Positions 10,509 to 19,162 of a DNA stretch of 64,000 bases are shown here, piece after piece. Origin of the DNA: an uncultured Clostridium sp. GTDB taxonomy: Bacteria; Bacillota; Clostridia; TANB77; CAG-508. Numbering within the stretch: the first letter of the stretch is position 1; every line of letters begins with the position of its first letter. Below the pieces are notes generated by a model. The model was not told the origin of the DNA. It saw nothing but the letters and a program-made list of their open reading frames with translations, and did not search any database. The position numbers and the translations under genes are program-made. The stretch spans positions 3,560 through 67,559 of the forward strand of contig CAMKEH010000006.1 of assembly GCA_946411515.1 (NCBI GenBank), written 5' to 3'.

Positions 10509-10841
10509 ATGCAAGAATTTCCGAGTCGTTCTGAAAAACGGCTTACCAAGCTTTACAAGGCTGCTGAAAGTGGCCAGATGTCTCTTGATAATGAACTTCT
10601 TTACAGTTCAGAAATAAAGAGATATATTAAACAGGGATTTACCGTTTCGCATAAGCCTTCATCTATAAAGAATTTAGATAATTCAAAAATAGACTGGTCT
10701 CATGCTTTCAAGAATGGTATACCCCATATCGTTTTTAGTTACATTACAGGAGTAATTGTAACTTATCCGGAATCTCACATCGAGAATTTCGCACAGCGGC
10801 TTTATGTTATTGCTGCTTGTGCTAACCGCAGTAAGAAATAA
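10509..10841 (+). CDS. Hypothetical protein (110 aa), compositionally foreign cassette 1
   Basis: AGGAGG SD 6 nt upstream. GC is visibly higher (~38%) than the flanks. It uses CGG as Arg twice. I recognise no family. Confidence 0.55.
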   Translation: MQEFPSRSEKRLTKLYKAAESGQMSLDNELLYSSEIKRYIKQGFTVSHKPSSIKNLDNSKIDWSHAFKNGIPHIVFSYITGVIVTYPESHIENFAQRLYVIAACANRSKK

Positions 10842-10866
10842 TTTAAATTTAATCTAGCACAAATTT

Positions 10867-10897
10867 CCCCTCACCGCTATAGTGGTAAGGGGTTTTT
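10867..10897 (+). terminator. Rho-independent terminator of cassette 1
   Basis: CCCCTCACC/GGTAAGGGG stem (one mismatch) followed by TTTTT. Confidence 0.7.
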
Positions 10898-10911
10898 ATA
10901 TATATTAAATT

Positions 10912-10940
10912 TTGATTTTTGTTTAAATTTATGGTATAAT
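10912..10940 (+). promoter_or_regulatory. Sigma-A-type promoter of cassette 2
   Basis: TTGATT, a 17-nt spacer, then TGgTATAAT. Confidence 0.6.
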
Positions 10941-11048
10941 TAAATTGCCATAAGGTATATCTCTATTGAGATTTAATGTTCCAAATTCGGAAATAAAAAT
11001 CAATACATAGGGAATAAACAGGGTAATACTTTAGAAAGGATGACAACA

Positions 11049-11414
11049 ATGGCAAAAAAAATTTCCACTGACAATCTTGCCCGTTTAATTGAAAACGTCG
11101 CTCTTCGTCCTTATGAGTTGTTAGAAAGCTCTGTAGGTGCTGAAGAAAGATGGATGATCCTGACTTCAACCATCAAAGGTCTATCCAAAGTTGTGTCTGA
11201 AGATGTGACTGTTGAGTCTTCTAGATTCCCTAGCGCACGTTTTAACATTTCAGCTTTAGCTAAGATGGAGCGGGCTACGCTTATTCATTTCTTTACGACC
11301 CCCTCTGATTTGTATCATAAGATACATCACATGCTTTTTGAGGGTATTAGAGAATATGTTGAAAAATCAGAAATTTTCAACAACGTATACAGCGTCAAAG
11401 ATATCGAAGACTGA
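11049..11414 (+). CDS. Hypothetical protein (~121 aa), compositionally foreign cassette 2
   Basis: The ORF opens at 11040, but the ATG at 11049 has better SD spacing (AAAGGA). GC is higher than the flanks and there is one in-frame CGG=Arg. I recognise no family. Confidence 0.55.
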   Translation: MAKKISTDNLARLIENVALRPYELLESSVGAEERWMILTSTIKGLSKVVSEDVTVESSRFPSARFNISALAKMERATLIHFFTTPSDLYHKIHHMLFEGIREYVEKSEIFNNVYSVKDIED

Positions 11415-11424
11415 CCCTGTTTTT

Positions 11425-11459
11425 AGCCTCCCATAGTAGTTAACATACTATGGGAGGCT
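11425..11459. terminator. Strong hairpin between the convergent cassette 2 and uvrB
   Basis: Perfect 14-bp stem AGCCTCCCATAGTA/TACTATGGGAGGCT. The U-tracts are weak on both strands. Confidence 0.55.
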
Positions 11460-11465
11460 ATCCTT

Positions 11466-13424
11466 TTATATTAATTTTTCTAATTCTTTTATTTTATCTC
11501 TTAATTCTGCAGCTTTTTCAAATTCCATATCTGCTGCATATTTTAACATCTCATCAGTAAGTTTTGTAATTGTATCTTTTATGTCATCATCTTTTTCTAG
11601 TTTATATTCTACTTCTATATCTTCAACATTTGTTACTTTAATACTATCTCTTACTGATTTATTTATTGTTTTAGGTGTTATATTATGTTTTTCATTATAT
11701 TCTTGTTGTATTTTTCTTCTTCTATTTGTTTCAGATATTGCTTTTTCCATACTTTCTGTTAATTCATCTGCATACATAATAACTGTTCCATCTGTATTTC
11801 TAGCAGCACGCCCTATTGTTTGTATTAAAGATCTTTCTGAACGAAGAAAGCCTTCTTTATCAGCATCTAATATTGCAACTAAAGATACTTCTGGTATATC
11901 TAATCCTTCTCTTAAAAGATTTATTCCAACTAAAACATCAAATTCTCCGAAGTCTCAAATTTCTTATTATTTCCATTCTTTCTAACGCTTTTGTATCAGA
12001 ATGCATATAGTTTACTTTTATGTCTAAGCTTTTTAGATATTCAGTTAAGTCTTCTGCCATTTTTTTAGTTAATGTTGTAACTAATACTCTTTCTTTTCTT
12101 TCTACTCTTATTCTAATTTGTTCTAACAAATCATCTATTTGGTTTGTAACTGGTTTTACTTCTATTTTAGGATCGAGAAGTCCAGTTGGTCTTATAATTT
12201 GTTCTACTACATTTTCTTTACTATGTTCTTTTTCATAATCTGCAGGTGTAGCACTAACAAATACAACTTGATTTACTCTTTCTTCAAACTCTTTAAATGT
12301 AAGTGGTCTATTATCAAATGCAGAAGGTAATCTAAATCCATAATTTACTAAAGATTCTTTTCTTGATCTATCTCCATTATACATTGCTTTTACTTGTGGT
12401 ATTGTTGCATGTGACTCATCAATAAGTAATAAGAAATCATCTGGAAAATAATCAAATAAAGTATATGGTGGACTTCCAACAGGCCTTCCGCTTATATGTC
12501 TTGAATAATTTTCTATTCCAGAACAGAATCCAGTTTCTTTCATCATTTCAATATCAAAGTTTGTTCTTTCCTCAATCCTTTGAGCTTCTATTAATTTGTT
12601 TTGAGATTTAAAATATTTAACACGTTCTTCCATTTCCTGTTCAATTGTTACAATTGCTCTATCCATTTTTTCCTTTGTTGTAACATAATGTGATGCTGGT
12701 GAAATTAAAATATGTTTTCTAGTTCCTATTGGCTTTCCTGTTAATGCATTTATTTCTGTTATTTTTTCTATTTCATCTCCCCAAAATTCTACTCTTATTG
12801 CATTTTCTGATTGATCAGAAGGATAAATTTCTACTATATCTCCTTTTGCTCTAAAAGTTCCTCTTTTAAAATCTATTTCATTTCTTGTATATTGCATTGA
12901 GATTAATTTTCTTAAAACATCATCTCTTGATTTTTGCATGCCAGGTCTTAGAGATAACATCATTTCTTGATAATCAATAGGGTCTCCTAAACCATATATA
13001 CAAGAAACAGAAGCAACTATTATTACATCTCTTGTTTCGAATAAAGAAAGAGTTGCCGAATGTCTTAATTTATCTATTTCATCATTAATAGATGAATCTT
13101 TTTCTATATATGTATCTGTTGATGGAATATAGCTTTCTGGTTGGTAATAATCATAATAAGATACAAAATACTCTACATTGTTGCCGAGGGAAGAACTCTT
13201 TGAATTCGGAATACAATTGTCCAGCAAGAGTCTTATTGTGTGCTAAAACAAGAGTTGGTTTTTGTACTTTTTCAATTATATTTGCCATTGTGAAAGTTTT
13301 TCCGAGAACCCGTAACGCCTAGAAGCGTCTGGAATTTCTTACCTTCTTTTATTCCGTTTGATAGATATTCAATTGCCTTTGGTTGGTCTCCAGTTGGCTT
13401 ATAATTTGATACTAATTTAAACAT
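11466..13424 (-). pseudogene. uvrB: Excinuclease ABC subunit B, frame broken three times by single-C insertions
   Basis: ORF pieces 13272-13511, 11938-13227 and 11466-11777 together cover a full UvrB. The breaks are TCT[C]GGA in Walker A GVTGS-G-KT (13304), CCT[C]GGC (13186) and CTT[C]GGA (11949). The real start is the ATG at 13422-13424 behind AAAGGAGG. Confidence 0.9.
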
Positions 13425-13589
13425 TTTTCCTCCTTTGTGATCTAGAAAAAGGATTACTATCATCCTAAAAATTCGTGTAAAAAGACGAACAAATTCGTGT
13501 ATTTTGTTCACTTTTCGAAAAATTTTTGGCTAATTTTTCAAATTACACGAATTTGGTCACAAATTTTTATTTTTAAAACGAAATAACTT

Positions 13590-14087
13590 TTATCTTTCTT
13601 TTTCATCATATAGTTTTTCTTTTTTTCTACCAAGCCTTAAAATTATTTCTTGGATATCTTTTGCTTGTAATCCTTCTCCAAATCCTCTACCATTTTCTGT
13701 ACCTATTTTTATTAAATGTTTTAGTAACTCCTCGTCAAATGTTTCAAAGATTTCATCATCTAGTATAACATAATCTTCTGTGTCAGGATGTACTTCAAGC
13801 CATTTTTTAATTTCTATACCTCTATCTTGCCTAATAGGAGGAGTTTGTCCTAAAATTATATTATAATTCATAAATAATTGTTTTAAACTTTCAAAATAAT
13901 ATTTGTTATATCGCCATGATGAGCTTAATACAACACTTGCACCAGTTTCATCTATTGCTTTTTTTAAATCTACTATAGTATTTATATCTATCTCACTTTC
14001 AATATCAGTTGTTTCCTTATTTTTAATATTATTAAAATATTCATCTGAATTCAAAACACCATCAATATCTAAAAATATAACTTTCAT
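13590..14087 (-). CDS. HAD-superfamily phosphatase-like protein
   Basis: 165-aa ORF with the N-terminal motif FLDIDGVLN. Confidence 0.6.
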   Translation of the reverse strand: MKVIFLDIDGVLNSDEYFNNIKNKETTDIESEIDINTIVDLKKAIDETGASVVLSSSWRYNKYYFESLKQLFMNYNIILGQTPPIRQDRGIEIKKWLEVHPDTEDYVILDDEIFETFDEELLKHLIKIGTENGRGFGEGLQAKDIQEIILRLGRKKEKLYDEKER

Positions 14088-14103
14088 ATTTAATTTACCT
14101 CAT

Positions 14104-14607
14104 TTATTTATTATATTCCATACATTTTTCTTCTAATAATTTAAAATTGCAACATCTCGACTTAATATTTTTAGGAAGTTTATCATTGTTATATAATTGA
14201 TATAATTTAAATGATTTATTTTTAACTTGATGATAATTTGCATTTAACCATGCTAACTGTTGTCTTAATAATCTTTGATACTTTAATTCAGAAAGAGTTA
14301 ATGTTTCTTTGTTTAAATCTACTAGCGTATAATTTTCTTTATTTACTGGTATCATATTATTAAAATTAACTGCTCCTAATTCGCCATTTTTTATTTTAAA
14401 GAAATCAACCGTATTCTTCATATTTTTATGTTTAGGCTTTGGACTAGATAAAGGTGCAAAATATTCACATTTATCTATCTTGAATAATATTCCTATAAAT
14501 GGTCTTAATTCTTTTTCAAATTTATTATATGAAACCTTATTGTCATATTTTCTTAAATAATCACAATAATCAGAATTAACTCTAACAATCTTTAAATTTA
14601 ATATCAT
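14104..14607 (-). CDS. toxN: Type III toxin-antitoxin ToxN/AbiQ-family endoribonuclease toxin
   Basis: 167-aa ORF resembling AbiQ/ToxN (N-terminal ...YCDYLRKYDNKV..., FIGILFKIDKCEYFAPLSSPKPKH). It is preceded by tandem 36-nt repeats and a terminator, which is the canonical type III layout. Confidence 0.75.
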   Translation of the reverse strand: MILNLKIVRVNSDYCDYLRKYDNKVSYNKFEKELRPFIGILFKIDKCEYFAPLSSPKPKHKNMKNTVDFFKIKNGELGAVNFNNMIPVNKENYTLVDLNKETLTLSELKYQRLLRQQLAWLNANYHQVKNKSFKLYQLYNNDKLPKNIKSRCCNFKLLEEKCMEYNK

Positions 14608-14679
14608 TATTTTTTCCTCCTTAAAGTGTTTTTATTATACACTAATTGTCTTAAAAATACAATAATATATATATAATAA

Positions 14680-14705
14680 AAGATTAGAGTTTAGTCTCTA
14701 ATCTT
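14680..14705 (-). terminator. Terminator between the antitoxin repeats and toxN
   Basis: Perfect 10-bp stem AAGATTAGAG/CTCTAATCTT, followed on the minus strand by TTTTATT. Confidence 0.7.
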
Positions 14706-14707
14706 AC

Positions 14708-14820
14708 TTTTTTAAGTTCCAATTTGTTGGCTGGAAACACCGCTTTTTCAAATTCCAATTTATGGCTGGATTCACCGCTTTTTTAAATTCCAATTTAATG
14801 GCTGGATTCACCACTTTTTT
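14708..14820 (-). ncRNA. ToxI/antiQ-like antitoxin RNA: three tandem 35-36-nt repeats
   Basis: Repeats at 14708-14743, 14744-14778 and 14779-14814. The minus-sense unit is GCGGTGAATCCAGCCATAAATTGGAATTTGAAAAA. The units abut directly with no spacers. Confidence 0.7.
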
Positions 14821-14864
14821 ATTAGTATATGCAATTTTTTATTTTTATTGCTTACTATACTTTA

Positions 14865-14893
14865 AATATACCATATTTTTTAAGAATAATCAA
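14865..14893 (-). promoter_or_regulatory. Promoter of the ToxIN-like operon
   Basis: Minus strand: TTGATT, a 17-nt spacer, then TGgTATATT, about 40 nt upstream of the first repeat. Confidence 0.55.
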
Positions 14894-14922
14894 TACTTTT
14901 AAACTATTTTCTCTTACATACA

Positions 14923-15798
14923 TTACTTTTTATTTATTGTATATGTATTTCTATCTACCTTAATGTCAAATACTGTTTTTTCTCCACTTGGAGATTGTAA
15001 TATAACTTTTGTATTTCCTGTTTTATTAAATACAGCATGAACAACCCAATCATTTAATCCTTGTTCTACAAATCTAATATCAACTGTTCCAAGACTTTCA
15101 TCTTCTAAATAAACTTTATAAGAATCATCAAAAACCGCATCTTCTGATCCACCATTAGTTAATATATATGTGTCATAACCTTGTGGTTGTTGCAATGTTA
15201 AAAAAGTAAATACTATTAATATTATAATTCCTATTAAAATTCCAGCTAGCCTTATTTTTTTATCCTTAAATATTACTAATGGATATAAAATTATTGTTAT
15301 AACACAAAATGCTGTTGTTAGTATATGTTTTGGAAATGAAAACATTGTCATTCCCAAATATTGTCCAAAATGATGACCTAAAAAAGTAAGTATTGGAAGT
15401 AATATTAGTAATCCCCACCATTTGTCTTTTTTCATATACCAGCCTATAAATCCCATTGGAATAGTAGCTATAGTCCATATAAACCAAAATCTATAATATG
15501 TTATAAATAAGCTACTTTTGTTTACAAGATCTTGAATAAGATATACTAATGGTTGACTTATTAAAAAGAATATAAAGCATTTTAATGCTGAATCTTTTGC
15601 TGATGTGCTATTCATAATAATAAATATTCCAAATAAAATCCAAACTTCAAAAGTAACTGTTATATCTGAAAAAGAAGTATCTTTTGCTATTGGTAACATA
15701 GCCATTATTGCAGTATATATACCTGCTATTATGGCAAATATTATTACTTTTGTCCAGGTTAAATTTATATTGCCAAATACTTTTTTTATTTTTTCCAT
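14923..15798 (-). CDS. Polytopic membrane protein with a C-terminal extracytoplasmic domain (unknown function), last gene of the ABC cluster
   Basis: 291-aa ORF with about 7 TM segments. Confidence 0.5.
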   Translation of the reverse strand: MEKIKKVFGNINLTWTKVIIFAIIAGIYTAIMAMLPIAKDTSFSDITVTFEVWILFGIFIIMNSTSAKDSALKCFIFFLISQPLVYLIQDLVNKSSLFITYYRFWFIWTIATIPMGFIGWYMKKDKWWGLLILLPILTFLGHHFGQYLGMTMFSFPKHILTTAFCVITIILYPLVIFKDKKIRLAGILIGIIILIVFTFLTLQQPQGYDTYILTNGGSEDAVFDDSYKVYLEDESLGTVDIRFVEQGLNDWVVHAVFNKTGNTKVILQSPSGEKTVFDIKVDRNTYTINKK

Positions 15799-15825
15799 AG
15801 TTTTATCTCCAATTTTTTACATATT

Positions 15826-18800
15826 TTATTCTGTTCTTAATGCTATGACAGGATCTTTTTTAGATGCTGCTTTTGCAGGAATTAATCCTCCAATTAATGT
15901 TAAAACAATACTTAAAATAACTAATATTACTGCATTTTGAGCATAGAAAGTTGCATTTAGTGGAATATTTCCTGTAAACATATGCAGTACACTATTTATT
16001 ATTGGGATAACAGCATATGTAAAGCCTATTCCAATTAAGCCTGATAATAACCCTATAATAAAGGTCTCTGCATTAAATATTGAAGAAATATTTCTTTTAG
16101 ACGCTCCTATTGCCCTTAATATTCCTATTTCTTTTGTCCTTTCATAAACAGAAATATAAGTTATAATTCCTATCATTATTGATGATACTACTAAAGAAAT
16201 TGAAATAAAAGCAATCAAAACATATGTTACTGCATTTACAATTGTTTTAACAGATCCCATAAGTATTCCTGTAGTATCTGTATATTTAATTTCTTTATCG
16301 TCTTCTCCATTTTGTTTTACTTTTTCATTATAGTTGTTTATAAAATCCTTAAAATGTTCTTTTCCATCAAAACTATTAAAATAGAAAGATATATATGTTG
16401 GTTCTTCTTTATTTTGATATCCTAAACCAATTAAGTTTGTTTTTGCACTTGCATCAGAGTCTGCAAGCATTGCAGTAATTAATCTTGTTATTTCTTCTTC
16501 AGTTAGCTTCATTTTAAATGAATCAGCAATTTTTGCTTGATCAACATTAAAACTAGATGCAAAGCTATTTGTTAATCTTCCTGTTAATTCTCCTACTTTT
16601 GTAAGTACTGTTTTTTTCATAACCGCTTCTGTCATAACTCTTGCCATAGTTTCTTCAGTTTCTTGAATTGCAGCACTACTTAAATATTGAGATAAGATGG
16701 TATCTTTTATGTCTATATTTTGAATACTTGATGGCAATGATGGTATTGTTGGCATTGTAGTACTAGTACTTGGTGGCATTAATGCTTTTGCAGCATCATA
16801 TGCCTTCACATATACTTGTAACAATCCTTTTAACAATCCAGAATATGCTTCTTTAAAAGTGTCTTTTGGTATTACATATTTTTCCTCCAATGAAGCCATT
16901 ATTTTTGATTCTTCATATCCGTTTAAATAATTATTTACTAAACTTTCAATATCATCTTCAGTAATTTCATTATCTATTGAATCTAATAACCCTTTAGCCA
17001 AAGTATTTAGATTATTTGTAAAATCATTTTTTGCAGGAGTTATATCTGTACTAATAGCATTAGATATTTCTTCCATATAACCTTGTGTTTGATTTTGTAT
17101 TTGAGTTGGGTCTATATTTATATTAAATGCACTTTGAAGTTTAGCAGTATCTATACTTATTAAATCTTTAAAATCTAACCCTAAACCATTTTTCTTTTCA
17201 TCAAATTTAGAATTTGAAAATACATCTATTTCTTCGTTTTCTAATTGTTTCTTTACAATCTCAGTATTAGCTGTTTTGTCTATTATATAATCTACCAAAC
17301 CACTTGTATATGCAACTCCTGGGTTTAATGCTGCTGAAGTAACACCTTCTTTTGCAGTTACAATTCCAACTATTTTTAACTTAGGAGCATTTTCATATAA
17401 GTTTCTCATATACTCTTCATTTTCCGTCATATCTTCATATACGTTATAGTCAGAATTGAAATTATATAAATCTGTAGGAAGTATTAGTTTTAATTCTTTA
17501 TTCATTAAATCTTCATATGTAAAATCTAATGGTTCATTATTAATATCTACAGTTTCACCTTTCATTAATTTAGAAACTATATCTTTTAATTCATTCATAT
17601 CTCTTAATCCTAAATAATAAACAAGTAAATCTGATATACTGTTTCTATCTGAAAGTACAATAATCATTTCATTATAATTTTCTGGAAGATGTCCTGCTAA
17701 GATATCATATGAATTTGTTATAGTTTCTTTGTTATCCATCATTTGAGAATAAACTGAAGTATATGTACTCATCATTCCAGATCCAAATGATGATCCCATA
17801 CTAGATGTAAATAAATTATTGGGACTTAGTTTTGTAACTTTATTATTTACATCTATACCATAAATATTAGGCTCTACACTATATCCATATTTAACAGATG
17901 ACAAATCTTTTTCTACTTCTTTATAATTATTTTCTAAATGCTTTTTAAAACTTCTTAAATCATTTGTACTTAAAGTATCTAAAACTTTTGATATATATTG
18001 TTCTTCTCTTATAGTCCCATCATTTATTTCTGAATTTTCTTTATTTTCAGGTCTCATAGCTAAAATTGCACTTGCAATATCTGAAGATTCTTCCATTACA
18101 GATAATGGATATGATGTTAATGTTTCTTCTTGTATAGAATCTACATAAGCTTGAAATCCATTTGATACTGATTGTACTAAAGCAATACCAATTATTCCGA
18201 TTGAACCTGCAACAGAAACAAGTATAGTTCTTCCTTTTTTAGTAAGTAAATTATTTAAACTTAATCTAAATGCTGTCCAGATTTTCATAGAAGTTCTACC
18301 TATTTTATTTGTTTCTTTTTCTTGATTTAGTTTTTCTTCTTCTACTATTGGATTAGAATCTTCTGTAATAACACCATCTAATATTCTAATAATTCTACTT
18401 GAATATTTGCTTGCAAGTTCTGGATTATGTGTTACCATTATAATTAATTTATCTTTAGATATTTCCTTTAATATTTCCATTACTTGCACACTTGTTTTTG
18501 TATCTAATGCTCCTGTTGGTTCATCAGCTAGAATTATATCTGGATTATTTACTAAAGCTCTTGCAATTGCAACTCTTTGCATTTGTCCACCTGATAACTG
18601 ATTTGGCTTTTTATGTATATAGTCTTTTAGACCTACTTCTTCTAATGCTTTAATTGCTCTTTGCTTTCTTTCTTTTCCAGATATACCTCCAATTGTTAAA
18701 GCAAGTTCAACATTAGATAGAATTGTTTGATGTCCTATTAAATTATAACTTTGAAATACAAATCCTATTTTATAATTTCTATATGCATCCCAATCTCTAT

Positions 18801-19020
18801 CTTTAAACTTTTTAGTAGACTTTCCATTTATAATTAAATCTCCTGATGTATATCTATCTAAGCCTCCTATAATGTTTAAAAGGGTAGTTTTTCCACAACC
18901 ACTTTGCCCTAAAATAGACACAAATTCAGATTCTCTAAATTTTAAGTCTATACCTTTTAAGGCTTCTACTTTTTCATTTCCACTACTATAAGTTTTCTTT
19001 ATATTTTTTAACTCTAACAT
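15826..19020 (-). CDS. Fused ABC transporter ATP-binding protein/FtsX-family permease (MacB type) with a ~600-aa extracytoplasmic insert
   Basis: 1064-aa ORF with Walker A GQSGCGKTT, signature LSGGQMQR, Walker B ILADEPTGALD and a C-terminal FtsX 4-TM module. Confidence 0.85.
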   Translation of the reverse strand: MLELKNIKKTYSSGNEKVEALKGIDLKFRESEFVSILGQSGCGKTTLLNIIGGLDRYTSGDLIINGKSTKKFKDRDWDAYRNYKIGFVFQSYNLIGHQTILSNVELALTIGGISGKERKQRAIKALEEVGLKDYIHKKPNQLSGGQMQRVAIARALVNNPDIILADEPTGALDTKTSVQVMEILKEISKDKLIIMVTHNPELASKYSSRIIRILDGVITEDSNPIVEEEKLNQEKETNKIGRTSMKIWTAFRLSLNNLLTKKGRTILVSVAGSIGIIGIALVQSVSNGFQAYVDSIQEETLTSYPLSVMEESSDIASAILAMRPENKENSEINDGTIREEQYISKVLDTLSTNDLRSFKKHLENNYKEVEKDLSSVKYGYSVEPNIYGIDVNNKVTKLSPNNLFTSSMGSSFGSGMMSTYTSVYSQMMDNKETITNSYDILAGHLPENYNEMIIVLSDRNSISDLLVYYLGLRDMNELKDIVSKLMKGETVDINNEPLDFTYEDLMNKELKLILPTDLYNFNSDYNVYEDMTENEEYMRNLYENAPKLKIVGIVTAKEGVTSAALNPGVAYTSGLVDYIIDKTANTEIVKKQLENEEIDVFSNSKFDEKKNGLGLDFKDLISIDTAKLQSAFNINIDPTQIQNQTQGYMEEISNAISTDITPAKNDFTNNLNTLAKGLLDSIDNEITEDDIESLVNNYLNGYEESKIMASLEEKYVIPKDTFKEAYSGLLKGLLQVYVKAYDAAKALMPPSTSTTMPTIPSLPSSIQNIDIKDTILSQYLSSAAIQETEETMARVMTEAVMKKTVLTKVGELTGRLTNSFASSFNVDQAKIADSFKMKLTEEEITRLITAMLADSDASAKTNLIGLGYQNKEEPTYISFYFNSFDGKEHFKDFINNYNEKVKQNGEDDKEIKYTDTTGILMGSVKTIVNAVTYVLIAFISISLVVSSIMIGIITYISVYERTKEIGILRAIGASKRNISSIFNAETFIIGLLSGLIGIGFTYAVIPIINSVLHMFTGNIPLNATFYAQNAVILVILSIVLTLIGGLIPAKAASKKDPVIALRTE

Positions 19021-19162
19021 TTTTATCTCCTTTTTTAGACCTTTATATTATATATTGTTTTTGATCTAAAATCAATCATATATTATATAATTTATGCTTA
19101 TATAGAATAAAAATAAGCAAAGAGTTTTAAAATTCTCCTTGCTTATTTTTATTAATTTATTA

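Noticed and set aside
10475-10866. Cassette 1 as a MITE/IS-like element bounded by 13-bp terminal inverted repeats.
   Set aside because: There is no target-site duplication next to the repeats and no transposase. The promoter lies outside the repeats. I kept only an IR-bracketed ORF of unknown significance.
10963-11169. 68-aa minus-strand ORF overlapping the cassette 2 leader and start.
   Set aside because: It has no SD, runs antisense to a better-supported ORF, and spans that cassette's promoter and leader.
13481-13501. Canonical LexA/Cheo box upstream of uvrB.
   Set aside because: CGAACAAATTCG is only a partial match to GAAC-N4-GTTC. I reported the exact triple 11-mer instead, without naming the regulator.
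14708-14820. Possible mini-CRISPR array or REP-type repeat.
   Set aside because: The three units abut directly with no spacers, and there are no cas genes. The position and period (35-36 nt, followed by a terminator and a ToxN-like ORF) fit a type III antitoxin RNA instead.
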